Shown here piece by piece: positions 24,296 to 37,039 of a stretch of 64,000 nucleotides of DNA (positions are counted from its first letter, which is position 1; each line of letters starts with the position of its first letter). The notes under the pieces were generated by a model. That model did no database searches, was not told where the DNA came from, and saw only the letters and a list, made by a program, of their open reading frames with translations. The translations under genes and the position numbers were made by a program. The stretch is from Octopus sinensis. Its lineage: Eukaryota. The stretch is taken from the NCBI RefSeq assembly GCF_006345805.1, contig NC_043000.1, positions 109,678,001 through 109,742,000 of the forward strand, written 5' to 3'.

Positions 24296-26158
24296 TTATT
24301 TTCATTCCAGCACACGATCTCAGATCAGGTCACTTGCTATGCAAGTATATCTCCGTAATGTACATCTTATATTTCATGAAATATGGTAGACATTTATTGC
24401 TGTGGTTAGATAGTTTCATTAACTCTTTTAGGGGTGTGTTTGCTGGTTGCAGGGCTCTCAGCTCCCAGTGAAGTCTTTGAGATGCTATGGTAATATACAG
24501 CATGTCTTGGACCTTTGAAATTTATCTAAGTCCTTTCTTCTCCATGTCTGAACACTGTCAATTCCTTCTTGTGAGAGAGAGAACTGCTTCCAGTACTTGA
24601 CTGGTTCTTTATTTCTTGATCTTAAGAGAATGAAAAGCAAAGTCAACCTCAGTAGGACTTCAAACAAGATCACAATGAGTTGGACTGGATACTGTAAAGC
24701 ATTGTATTGGATGCTCTACTGACTCCACCAAACGACCACCTTATGGATACACCTATGACTTATGATCTCATAGAAACTATTGTGATAAAACATTTGACCA
24801 CTTTCTAGCCCTGACCCTGTCCATTAATTTTCATTGTAGAACCAAATATTGCTCAAAGACATACAGCTTCAATTAAGCAATTTCCATCTACAGATTACAT
24901 AAAGGAATAATGGAAAAAGTTCATTTGATAACTTGTCAGGAATTTTTGCTTGGTATCTGTTCCCTGTAAAAGACAGGTAAATTTGACACGTTTACAGAAA
25001 TCATCATCATCATTTTTATGTCCATTTTTACATGTTTGCATGAGTTGAATAGGTTTTTCACAATTGGCCTTCTCCAATTCTGCCCATCCACGTGGTACCT
25101 GATCTTCCATTTCTGCTCCATCATCATCATTTAACATACATTTTTCCATGCTGGCATGGGTTGGATAGTTTGACAGGAGCTGGCAAGACTGGAGAGCTGC
25201 ACCAGGCTCCAATTGTCTGTTTTGGCAAGGTCCCTCTGGCTGGATGCCCTTTCTAGCACCAACCACATTACAGAGTGTACTAAGTGCTTTTTATGTGGCA
25301 CCAGCATGGGACCTGCACAACTTTGCTTATAATATTCATACATATGCCAGCGCCGCCTGACTGGCATGTGTGTGTGTGTGTGTGCCTTGCTTTATGTTTG
25401 TCTCTCACTGCTTGACAATCAAAACACTAAAGGTGTTGGGTTGTTCATGTCCCTATTAGCAAAAAAGAAACTGATATAGTAGTACCAAACTTTAAAATAA
25501 ATACTTGGGTGCATTTGATTAAATAAAACCCTTCAAGGTGGTGCCCCAGCATGACTGACGTCCAATGAATTGGACAAGTAAAAAAAAAAAGATTGTGGTC
25601 TAGAAGTTTGCTTTGCAACCACATACTTTCAGGTTCAGTCCCATTGTGTGGCACCTTGGGTAAGTACCTTGTACTATAGCCCTGGGCTAGCCAATGTCTT
25701 GTGAGTGAATTTGGTAGGCAGAGACCACGTGGAAGCCAAACACACAGAGATACACATACATGTGTGTGTGTGTGTGTCTGTGTTTGCCCTCACCTCTTCC
25801 TTGCTTCACAACAGGTATTGGTTTGTTTATATCCCTGTAACTTGATGGTTTGGCAAAAAGAGACCATTAGAATAAGTACCAGACTTTGAAAAAAATCAAT
25901 ATTGTGGTCAATCTGTTCAACTAAAGCCCTTTGAGGCTCTATCCTTGCATGGCTGCAGTCTAATGACTGAAACAAGTAAAAGAAAAGAGGAAAGAGTTTA
26001 CAAAAGGAAAACTGAATCTCTGGGCTTTCTTCTTCTGTGAGTCTTTGTTGCTCGTTGAATTGCTCCCATCTCCTGCTTCCACATGGTGCAGGTTTTCATT
26101 CAATTTATTAAAACCACAATAATGCAACTTTATCTTCAAAGGTAATAACTGCACTCAC

Positions 26159-26225
26159 TTTACCGAGTTGACTCTCACCTTTTTTTTTCTTATCTGGGAC
26201 ATCTTCAAAGTCACTACCATTGTCC
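26159..26225 (-). CDS. Candidate internal exon (R)DNGSDFEDVPDKKKKGESQLGK
   Basis: Acceptor ctacttttcaatatctcag; donor GTGAGT (alternative GTGAGA at 26178); acidic patch plus KKKK. Confidence 0.45.
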
Positions 26226-27073
26226 CTGAGATATTGAAAAGTAGAACACACACACGCATGCATGCACACACACACACACACACACATGCACACACAGCGT
26301 TGAAATAAGAAACAAAAAATAAATTTGATAACATTTTTATTATATCTGGCAATCATTTTTTAAGTCTTAGTACAAGCAGTTGTAGTTTGTGGGTCATCCA
26401 TTTTTGATTCCCTTTTCTGTTTCACATCACATTATACTGCTATTAATGTTGAGAAATGTATGAATATCACAACAGCCCTCTCTCTTCAAAATCAGCCTCG
26501 TTAATCAGTCATTTATAAAACATTTTGATTACAAATGCTATTGATTCTAACCATCACGCTTGCTTGGAAGAAATAAGGTTGGCTCATCATCATCATCACT
26601 TAATGTCCCATTTTCCATGCTGGCATGGTTAGACAATTTAGCAGGAACTGACAAGCCGTAGGGCTGTGCCAGGCTCCAATACCTCTTTTGGCATGGTTTC
26701 AACAATCAGATGCCCTTCTTAACAACAACCATTTCACAAAAGTGCCATCTTCATGGCTCCATCGCTAGTGAGATCACTGAGTCCTTGCAAGACCCTCTCA
26801 ACTGAATGGGGTATGACAGGGAAGGATGATGGAGGGATGACAAGAATAAATGCCTTGATGAAGAGGTGAATACAAGACTTCTGGGTTAAGAAGTTTTCAC
26901 TTTTTAACCAAATGGTTAAGAGTTCAGTCCCACTCTGTGGTGTCTTTGGCAATTATCTTCTACTCTGTCCAACCCATGCCAGCATGGAAGGCAGGCGTTA
27001 AATGATGACGATGTAACCCTGTGCAATAGCGACCATAAGTATGTGTGTGAATGTTTACTTTCTGAATATTTTT

Positions 27074-27318
27074 TGTGTGGAAATGACCTTTGAGTTAAAA
27101 GGGATGAAGTTTGTTGTCACCTGTTGGTTTTGCCTTTACAGAGAGACGTTTTGACTAAGGCCCCTTACAGGACAAACAGTTAAGGCATCTGACTGTGTGG
27201 AAATGACCTTTGAGTTAAAAGGGATGAAGTTTGTTGTCACCTGTTGGTTTTGCCTTTACAGAGAGACGTTTTGACTAAGGCCCCGCCCCTTACAGGACAA
27301 ACAGGAAAGGCATCTGAC
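27074..27318. repeat. 120-bp tandem duplication (second copy 5 nt longer)
   Basis: 27074-27193 vs 27194-27318. Confidence 0.95.
27241..27317 (-). CDS. Candidate internal exon SDAFPVCPVRGGALVKTSLCKGKTN(R)
   Basis: Acceptor gttttacag, donor AG|GTGACA, only one open frame, phase 0->2 matching exon 26225. Confidence 0.3.
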
Positions 27319-28128
27319 TGTAAAACAATGTCTCAGTAATATATATTTATCTAACTCACACCAGCATCGAAAAACAGACATAAAACAGGAAAAAATGAAC
27401 AAGTAAAGATAAATGGAAGATAAAACCTGCTCTGTTCTCTCCATTCCTCTATTCTTTACAATCACTTTACAAAGATGAAAGCTTCAGAGATGATTTTATA
27501 ATCACTAGACATTATTATCTTTCACTTGTTTCTGTCATTCAACTGTGGCCATGTTGGGGCACTGCCTTAAAGGGTTTAGTCGAACAACTCAACCCCAGTT
27601 GTCAATTGGTGGGTGACTATACACACACACCTCCTGTGCTTCTTGCCATTTCTCTCTGCCAAATGCACTCACAAGGCATTGGTTGGTCTGGAACTATAGT
27701 TTAGTAATCGTAATTTACTCAGGATACCATACAGTGAGACTGGACCCCAAATTATATGGCTGAGAAGCAAACTCCTTACCACACAGCCAAATCTGTCTAA
27801 AATCTTATAAAGAGGGTTAGGGTTAGGGTTTATTTAATCATAACTGATGTTGGTTTGGGTGGAGTCCTTAGCATATTCTGTTTGTCAAATAAACACATGG
27901 AATACTCTTCCATTTTCTATTTTCTTTTACTGATTTAGTTACCAAATCTTCACATTTCCTTTCCTTTATTTCTTTTCCTTACATTTAATTATTGGACACT
28001 ATCCATTTATAAAGAAATTATTATACTTTTGAACAAAAATATTCAAGAAAAAAATAACAACTTCTAATATAGTCCCAAACTCACCAATGCATTGTGAGCA
28101 AATTGGGCAGGCAGAGACTATATCGAAG

Positions 28129-28167
<39 letters not shown>

Positions 28168-28249
28168 CTTTCTATTTTCTTTCTTCCACCTCACTCTCTA
28201 TTTCGTATCTTATCTAAATTAACTATTACTTAACCATTCTCTCACACCA

Positions 28250-28299
28250 TCTCCGATGAAGGAGTATAATTAATAAATATCCTGGAAACAGCTGTAAGA
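28250..28299 (+). ncRNA. Minimal type I hammerhead-like motif in a (TA)n-anchored remnant
   Basis: TCT-CCGATGA-AGGA...TCCT-G-GAAA-C-AGCT-G-TA-AGA. Confidence 0.5.
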
Positions 28300-28363
28300 C
28301 CTATCTATAAATGTTCTATCTACACAGCCTTGGTTTTTTTATCTCATTACGCAAAAAATTTGT

Positions 28364-28370
28364 ATGTATG

Positions 28371-28404
<34 letters not shown>

Positions 28405-28497
28405 TGTATGTATGTATGTATGTATGTATGCATGCATGCATGCATGCATGCATGCATGCATGCATGCATGCATGCAAGCAAGCAAGCAAGCAAGCTT
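28364..28497. repeat. Compound (TATG)n-(CATG)n-(CAAG)n microsatellite
   Basis: Seen directly. Confidence 0.95.
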
Positions 28498-28567
28498 CCA
28501 GTTGCCATGATTGACTGTTAAATCCACAAATTTTAAAAATTCTCTCTCTGTTTATTTCCTCATGTTC

Positions 28568-28603
28568 CTTTCTGTTGAAGAGTGTAGGCTCGAAACTTAA
28601 AAG
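28568..28603 (+). ncRNA. Second copy of the variant-core hammerhead-like motif (CUGUUGA) in repeat 28500-28700
   Basis: CTTT-CTGTTGA-A-GAGT(GTAG)GCTC-GAAA-CT-TA-AAAG; same family as 8660-8870. Confidence 0.35.
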
Positions 28604-29039
28604 ACTTTCTCACCTTCCCAAGTGTCAAACTAATGCACCTGCTTTTTGTTTATACACCTGTCTACGTCTTTTGTTTTTCTGTAACTTTCAACTATATATA
28701 TAAAATGTAAATATTAGATATATTGAAATTAAATATAAATAAATATGTTGTAATCAATGGTGCTATGTGGTCTGGGCTTGTATCAGCTGAAGACAGCCAC
28801 AGAAACTTAGAGTCCTGAATGTAAGTCACCATACCTGTATCATTTAACAGATGTACTTCTCCATTCCCAACAATATTGAGGTCTACTTCTTTTGTTATCA
28901 TGCATGGTTTGTGTGTGTGTCTTTGTGGTTGTCCCACACCCACTGCAAAAACCCTGTGTTGGTGTCAGATGTACCTGGCAGGTCATATTTACAGCTGTCA
29001 CTCACTTGATATGCTATATACAAAAACAGCAATTATGCA

Positions 29040-29850
29040 GACATCATCATCATCATACATCCATTTTCCATGCTAGCATGGGTTGGATGGTTCAACCGGG
29101 GTCTGGGAAGCCAGGAGGCTGCACCAGGCTCCAGTCTGATTTGGCAGTGTTTCTACAGCTGGATGCTCTTCCTAACGCCAATCACTCCGTGAGTGTAGTG
29201 GGTGCTTTTTACGTGCCACCGGCACAGGGCCCAGAGGAGGCTGGCAAACGGCCACGATCGGTTGGTGTTTTTACATGTCACTGACATGAACGCCAGTCAG
29301 GCGGCGCTGTCATCTGCCATGTTTGGACAGTGCTTTTTACATGTCACCAGCACGGGTATCTTAACTACAATTTCCATTTGATTTTTACTTTGATGCTGGT
29401 GTTGACGTACTTGACTCAATAGGTCTCCTCAAGAACAGTGGGTCACTCTATGATCCAAGGTTAGCACAGCAGGCCGTCCTGCGAGCCATGAGCTCACTTC
29501 ATTTGTTGGGTCTTCACAGTCACAGCATATCTCAGAGGTCTCGGTCTTCGTCATTTCCTCTGTGAGGCCCTACGTGCCACCGGCACGGGTATCACAACTA
29601 CAATATGCATACGATTTTTATTTTCATGTTGATGAACTTCACACTATAGGTCTCCTCAAGCACAGCAGGCTGTCCTGCAAGCTATGAACTCACTTCATTT
29701 GTCAGGTCTTCAAAGTCACAGCATATCTCCAGAGGTCTTGGTCTTTCATCATTGCCTCTGTGAGACCCAACGTTCGAAGGTCATGCTTGACCACCTCATC
29801 CCATATCTTCCTGGGTCTACCTCTACCCCGGATTCCATCAACAGTTTGGG
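29040..29850 (-). mobile_element. 5'-truncated RTE LINE (RT C-terminus, 3' UTR with VNTR, (GAT)n tail)
   Basis: GIRGRGRPRKIWDEVVKHDLRTLGLTEAM on the minus strand, contiguous with the tail family. Confidence 0.85.
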
Positions 29851-30264
29851 AGCAGAAGAATGAAAAAGGAAAAAAAGAACACAAGCTTCAAGATGCTTGG
29901 TACTGGACATTCCAAGCAAATACATGAGGGCCAGTTGAACAGGAGTGGATAGACCTGTAGCAGATTGACCATACCAGTGGAAGCTTAATGACTTATGCAT
30001 CTCAATACAGAATGAACATTATTATTACTAATGCTGCTTAGAATTGAACTTCTGTTGTTCTGTTCATGTGTTGTAGGTAGATGCCACAGTGTTGTCAAGT
30101 TGTAAAGGCAGTATTATATTTCATAGTGAAACTGTTCCCTTAAGCCATCTGCTCATACAATGAACCACTACATTTACCAGACTGGCTTGTCAACCAAGTA
30201 CCTATGTCTCCATCACCAGTGAAGTGGGTGAAACATAGATAGCTATACCAACAGCTGACCTGTG

Positions 30265-30461
30265 GGATCTTTTCACTTTGGTTGAAATTGCCAAAATACA
30301 AGAACTTAAACAAGAAATAGCTTACAAACTACATAATTTTCTCAAGAACGCCAAGAGAAAAAGATGTTTTATGTGACACATTCTACCAGTATACGAAGTT
30401 TAAAAGTGTTTAGTTACAAAGAAATCATTTTTAAAATCTGCCGGTCAAAGTGAAAAGATCC
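30265..30461. mobile_element. MITE with 16-bp perfect TIR and 8-bp TSD (Merlin-like by GG termini)
   Basis: TIR GGATCTTTTCACTTTG; TSD GACCTGTG at 30257-64 and 30462-69. Confidence 0.85.
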
Positions 30462-30605
30462 GACCTGTGTTCAAAGACATACCAATATTGGTTATCCCAC
30501 CTTTTTTTAAGAGTATTTAACACTTATTATGTGACCTTTTTTCAGACAGGAAGGTGTAATTTGATGTAGATTTGGCTTGTTATTTCTAGCAAGCCAAGCT
30601 GCTAC

Positions 30606-30781
30606 ATAGAGGCTCTCTTGATCCAAATCAACAATTGTCTTGTTAGCTTGCACCTCAGTGTCGCAAGCTAACAAGACACCCGTTAATTTGTTGTCTTCAC
30701 AACTTCTCTTGTGGATATGGCTTGAAGAAATACTGGAACCAGAATGCAAGGCTGATTTCTTTCTCTCCTCATCAAGATACG
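30606..30781 (-). CDS. Candidate exon (A)YLDEERKKSALHSGSSISSSHIHKRSCEDNKLTGVLLACDTE[VQANKTIVDLDQESLY]
   Basis: Acceptor ttcaccttcatgtag; long open frame in unique DNA; weak phase-0 donors at 30654 or 30606. Confidence 0.25.
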
Positions 30782-31284
30782 CTACATGAAGGTGAAGTTT
30801 CCTGTTGTGTGGGCTTCTTTGAATTTCCATCTGCCAAGTCTTCTCACAAGACTTTGGTCAGCCTGGTGCTGTAGTAAAAGACATTTACCCAAGATGCCAC
30901 ACAGTGGAACTAATCCCAAACCACACACACACACACTTTTTTTCTTTCTTTCTAAAAGCTGTTGGTCGTTTTCAGATTGTCTTTTCTGTAACAATTTAAG
31001 TTTTGCTCAGAGTATGCTTTGCTAATGATGGAAATAGAGAGATGTGCATGGCTGTTTTTTACATGTGAGAGGGGTGATATAAGAAACCTTTGTGCCATGG
31101 GCAAATGTTAAAAAGAATCAAATTTGCTGATTGCAGTGGCATAGCTAAAGTGTGTGTCACCTGGGAGAGCCTTGAGTTTGGTGCCTCCCCTTGAGTTTAT
31201 TCCACTCTGCTACAACTATAAGGCATTAAGCAGACCCAATTAATGCCACCTGGAGTAAACCACATCCCTGCTTCTTTCTCCTGT

Positions 31285-31670
31285 GTGGAAGCACTCCGTC
31301 GGTTACGACGATGAGGGTTCCGGTTGATCCGAATCAACGGAACAGCCTGCTCGTGAAATTAACGTGTAAGTGGCTGAGCACTCCACAGACACGTGCACCC
31401 TTAACGTAGTTCTCGGGGATATTCAGCGTGACACAGAGAGTGACAAGGCCGGCCCCTTGAAATACAGGTACAACAGAAACAGGAAGTAAGAGTGAGAGAA
31501 AGTTGTGGTGAAAGAGTACAGCAGGGATCACCACCATTCCCTGCCGGAGCCTCATGGAGCTTTTAGGTGTTTTCGTTCAATAAACACTCACAACGCCCAG
31601 TCTGGGAATCGAAACCGCGATCCTATGACCGCGAGTCCGCTGCCCTAACTACTGGGCCATTGCGCCTCCA
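31285..31670 (-). mobile_element. Young full-length tRNA-derived SINE, third family
   Basis: 14-bp TSD CTTCTTTCTCCTGT (31271-84, 31671-84); head tggaggcgcaatggcccagtagttagg...ggtttcgattccc; CpGs retained. Confidence 0.9.
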
Positions 31671-32172
31671 CTTCTTTCTCCTGTAGGTACTAGTTGATTG
31701 TTGTAGTGAGATAGAACTTGTGGATTTGACTATTATTTCCATGTCAAACAACCACATAGAGGCTCTTGTGTTATCTCTGACATTCTTGTCATTTAAATGT
31801 AATCAACCAGCTACAAAGTTTATGTGACAGAGAAACATTTGATATTTCTTCATGTTAAGGAGAAGAATCCATTTGTAAATAACCAACCACCACCACCAGT
31901 TATTTTCTTCTCTTCTTTCTTATATATTAACAAAAGCTAAGTTTTTTTGTTTGTTTTTGTTCTTTTAGATAAAATAGATCAGTTAGTATATTACTGAGCT
32001 AGAACTTGTCCTTAAGCACTTAAACACACACACACACACACACATAAATGAGATTAAATTAAACAAACAGCATGAAATAATGTATTTACTTATTGTCTTG
32101 ATTTGTATTGGTTGACATATACTTTTTTTCTTAAATTCTTTTGTATCTCCTTTTTCACATGTATGAATGTTT

Positions 32173-32214
<42 letters not shown>

Positions 32215-33424
32215 TGCAGTGGATAGAGACAGAGAATTAAGTCTTCCAGTTTAGACAAAAAGAGAATTGGCTTAAACAGGAATCTTCTGAAGGATCTCTT
32301 AAGTAATTCAGTTGACAGGGTAGGGCTGCTCAAAGATCAGAGAATTCGTGGTTGAGCTGCTGTTTTTCCAGTAATATGGATACGAGATTAGAATGTCGCA
32401 GAAAAGAATGGGAAGATGGATTCTTCAAGAAGGTAAACCAAAAAGAAGGTAAACCAGAGGTAAACCAAAAACAAGATAGTCTGATAATATCCGTAATCTC
32501 AGGTGGTCACGCTTGGGAATCCAGCTGGAAACCTGTAAGGATGGTTTTTTTGGATCATGTGGAGGCGTTGCCCAGGAACTCTAACCAACAACCTCCCCAG
32601 GGATAGTGGACAGAGAAGACAAAGAATGGAGGATAAAGAATGAAGACATCCAATTTTTTACCTAAGTATTGCAATAGAGATACACTGATTCTCTGGTTTT
32701 TATTTCTTCCAATTAACTGTGGCCATACTGCAGCACTGCCTTCCCCCCCAGTACTTAATTCTTGAGGCTCTTTTTGCCAAACTTCCAAATTATGGGGACA
32801 CAGTCAGACCAGTACATGTTGGCTGTCAAGCAGCGAGGGAACAAATTCAAGGACACACAAACATTATAGACACATTCAAGCAAATTAATTATCATCATCA
32901 TCATCATCATTTAATGTCTGTGTTTTAATGGAAAATTGGAAACAGTGAGCACTGCTTGCATAACGTTGACATCAAGTAAACACACACACACACACACAAT
33001 AGATTTTTACAGTTTTTCTCTACCAAATTCACTCACAAAACATTGATTGGCCCAGGGCTATAGTATAAGGCAAATTGCCCCAGGTGCCATGCAGTGGACT
33101 GAACCTCAAACCACACAGGTATGACATGGATTTGTTAGAAGGTATTTCATTCTCTCTCTCTCTTCAAACTAATAAACGTGTTTGGAAGAGATGACAAACC
33201 AGTTTTCTTTCTCTTTTTTTTTTTAATATCTTGTTCGGTGGTATAGTTTCTTTTCTTCTCATTGTTTTGCCTGTTTTTACATCTAACATTTATATTAGAA
33301 AAAAGAAAATATTGTAGTTATTTTCTTTATTGATATCTCGGCTTTTAAGTGTCCGTTTTTCTCATTACTTATTTTTAATAGAAAGTAAATTAATAGGATT
33401 ATATTTTGCTGACTTTATTATTAC

Positions 33425-33505
33425 GTCCACCGTACGACATCTGCTAGACAGACTTGTCCTCGCTGAACTTCTTTCTGTTAAATCCTGGCCTAGTCTCGTG
33501 GTTGA
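33425..33505 (-). CDS. Candidate 81-nt exon (STTRLGQDLTERSSARTSLSSRCRTVD)
   Basis: Strong acceptor ttattttattttcccaccacaaatttcag, donor GTAATA; phase not linkable to the 30781 exon. Confidence 0.2.
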
Positions 33506-34149
33506 CTGAAATTTGTGGTGGGAAAATAAAATAAGTGCAGATATAAGCTAACGGCATGCCATAATGCTACCGAGTGGAAGCATTTAGTGTTACCATTTAC
33601 ACGTTGATTAGTTTAATATTGTAGGTTAGCTCAAAGTCACACCTGATTGACTTCATCATCATTGTTTTAACGTTCACTTTTCCATGCTAGCATGGGTCAG
33701 ATAGAACTTGTTGGAACAGAATGTCTACGGCCGGATGCCATTCCTGTGGCCAGACAAGTTTTTGTGGAAGACTGGAAAGGGACAATCTTGCTCATTTACA
33801 TCCATCCCTTAATGTCTTATCAAGGACACACAAACATATTTATGACAGGCTTCTTTCAGTTACTGTTTTCCAAATCCACTGACAAGGCTTTAATCAGCCT
33901 GAGGCTATAGAAAATGTCACTTACCCAAGTTACCATGCAATGGGATTGAACCTGAGACCACATGGTTGGCAAGCACTCTTCTCAACCATACCTACACCTA
34001 TTAAAGACCATACAACTGTTTGTATCATTCCGTTGTCCAGTCTGCTTTTTTAAGCCAGTTGTTGTAGCCTAGGCCCTTATTTCTTTTCTTTGGGTTGGTC
34101 TATGATCAAAGGTCTTTCTATACATTATTCAATGTGGCCTTTTTTAGTT

Positions 34150-34425
34150 TAAAGTAAGACATGATTTGGGAAAGATTTGGTTGTTATTTCTAGTGGGAAG
34201 ATCCATGCTAGGGATCTCATTATGAGAGAACATTTGAGAATGATGTGGAGTGGATAATGTGATCAGAGAATACCGAAGGCACAAGTTCCTCTGGGCTGAA
34301 CACATCATGAGTCTCACAGACAACAAGGTGGACCTATGCAGATGCCGAGTAGTTTCCAAGAGAATGGAAAAGACCACCCGGAGGGTCTCCACAACGATCG
34401 AAGATGATTTAGTTAAGCAATCTGG
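34150..34425 (+). mobile_element. Decayed RTE LINE C-terminal fragment
   Basis: IREYRRHKFLWAEHIMSLTDNK...EDDLVK resembles the RTE WAGHI.R..DNRW...W.DDL motif. Confidence 0.55.
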
Positions 34426-34429
34426 GTCA

Positions 34430-34620
34430 AGATGGAAAAGGATGGCGCAATGCAGTTTGCCACTATGTTCTGAGTTCAAATTCTTTGCCTTTCATCCTTT
34501 TGGGGTCGATTAAATAAATACCAGTTACGTACTGGGGTCGATATAATCGACTTAATCCCTTTGTCTGTCCTTGCTTGTCCCCTCTATGCTTAGCCCCTTG
34601 TGGGCAATAAAAAAAATCAT
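34430..34620 (+). mobile_element. Second-family SINE body
   Basis: ttctgagttcaaattc...cctttcatccttttggggtcgat...cttagccccttgtgggcaataaa. Confidence 0.75.
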
Positions 34621-35920
34621 TGGAAGCACATTGTGACCAGTGGTGTGTAACAGCATCTGATGGTTTAGCGGAGACAGTGATATATGTGCGGTGGGGTGGG
34701 GGTAAGATGGAGGTGGAACAAAACAGACACCACTGAATGACTGTAATAAAGATTGAACCAACTTCAGGCTTCAGGAATGTGTTCGAATAACATTCTGACT
34801 ACACCTTGTTCTACTTTTAAGGTGTGTGTGTGCATGTAAGGGTGTGTGAGTGAGTGTCTGTGTTGTGTTGGAGATGTGTGGGTGAGTGAGTAGATGGGTG
34901 TGTGTATGGATGTGTGTGTATGTGAGTATATTGAGGGTGTGGTGGTTGCTGAATATGTGGGTGTGGAGGCTCTGTGTGTATGTGTGAGAATGTATATTTG
35001 TGTGTGTGTGTGTGTGTGAATTTAAGAGTGTGTTTCTCTTAACACTGGAATGTCGTAAATAAGATTTAAAATAGGATTTATTGTGTGTTCGTGTATTCTA
35101 CTGTCATGTGTGCCAAAGGCAGCAGTGAACACCAAAGTTGATTATAAATTACACACACACACACACACACCCATGTTCTTACACACACACACAAACAATC
35201 AATGATGGTACACCTATGTAATTTGAACCAACCACTAAAGGGACAGATAAAGAAATGTAGATGTTATTTTTTTCATATTGACCCTGTTTTTTTAATTTAC
35301 TTTCTTTCTCAATGTTATTCATGTCAGTAACTTTAGACATTTTGTGTGTGTGTATGTGTGTGTGTATGTGTGTGTGCATGTGTGTGTGTGGCACAAGTGT
35401 AGCCCAGTGGTTAAGCAGTTCAATTCATAACTGTGAGGTCCAGCTTCAGTCTCATTGCATGGTGTCTTTAAGTGTCATTTACCATTGCTTGAAGTCATTG
35501 ACATGGTTATGTGGCAAGATGTTTGCTTTCCAACCACACCGTCTGGAGTTCAATCCTACTGCATGCCACCTTGGGCAAGTGTTTTCTACTATACTCTTGT
35601 ACCTACCAAAACCTTGTGAATGGATTTCATTGAGAGAAACTGTAAGAAGCCCATTTTGCGTGTGTGTGTGTGTGTGTGTGTTATTGTCTCCTTGCATTGA
35701 CATCGCATGATAGTTGTAAACGAATGTCACTGTCATACAAGTGGTGTCCTTCATTTCCAATCTGCCACGAAAACATGTCTGGTCTTGGGGAAATATTACC
35801 ATCCTTGGAAACAGGTGAAGTTTGGGTAACAGGAAGGCCATCCAGCCATAGAAAATCTGCTTCACCAAACCCCTTTTGATTGATGCTAGCATAGAAAAGT
35901 GGACATCACACACACACACA

Positions 35921-35951
<31 letters not shown>

Positions 35952-37039
35952 TATGCACGCACGCATGCACACGATGAACCTCTGTCAGTTTTGGTCCATA
36001 TCAAATCCACTCGCAAAGCTTTGGTTAGCCTGGAACTCTAGTAGATAAGGCTTGAAATAACAGCCTAGTCTCCCTCAAACCTTGCGCTATGCTCAGTCCT
36101 TCCTTTCCAGAACTCCCTCTGGAACCTTTTTTCTCCTTACATTTTTTTTCTCTGCATAAAGAAAGAAAGCCTAGGGCTGTGAAGGGGTGGGAAAGGTTGC
36201 TAAAGAAAAATTCAGGTATTGGTATGATTCTAGAGGTCCATGTAGGGCTGTAGTTAAGAAACTTGCTTAACAACCCATGGTTTCAGGTTCAGTCCTGCTG
36301 TATGACATCTTGGATAAGTGTCTTTTACTACATCCCCAGAGCAACCAAAGCTTTATGAGTGAACTTGGAAGACGGAAACTGTGTGGAAGCCTGTTGTGTA
36401 TATTTATGTGTGTATGTTTGTCCCCTCCCACATACTGCTTGGCAACCAGTGTTGATTTGTTTACATCCTCATGACTTAGTGGTTCAGCAAAAGAGACCAA
36501 CAGTATAAGTACCAGACTTTACAAAAATAATTTTGTTCAATGAAACCCTTCAAAGCTGTGCCCCAGCATGGCCACAGTCCAATGGCTGAAACAAATAAAA
36601 CGTAAAATGAAATAGAAGTGTTATGGTTGAACAACTTGATTTCGCCTGATATTACTGGTATCAACATCAATATGAAACCCGGGATATCATTAGAAGTAAA
36701 AAATTAAATATTGTATTGAACGGTGCATTATTGGCTCTCGTTAATTGACTGTGCTATTTATAGCAAATGTTAGAGGAAGACATTGTATAAATTTAACTCA
36801 TTTTCTTAATTTATTTCTAAAAAAAAAAACATGTATATTTAGCTGCAGAAAACCTGTTTTTACGTCTTTGTCAGAAATTTACTATTAATAGATAAATAAA
36901 ATCAAATGGATAAATTGAAAACAGATGTACTCACACACACACACTACATACAAATGTTAGTAACTTTGAAATAATAGCCCATCCAGTTACTTAAGGAATG
37001 TCATTAACTGACAAAGTTTAGACAGCTCCTACCCATACT

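Noticed and set aside
27814-27830. GGGTTAGGGTTAGGGTT telomere-like repeat
   Set aside because: Under three units; expected by chance or from repeats.
31600-31670. tRNA gene calls for SINE heads (also 19453-19518)
   Set aside because: A/B boxes are present but there is no complete cloverleaf acceptor stem; each runs into a repeat body.
32230-32650. Short ORFs on both strands in unique-looking DNA
   Set aside because: No consistent splice pair or recognisable motif.
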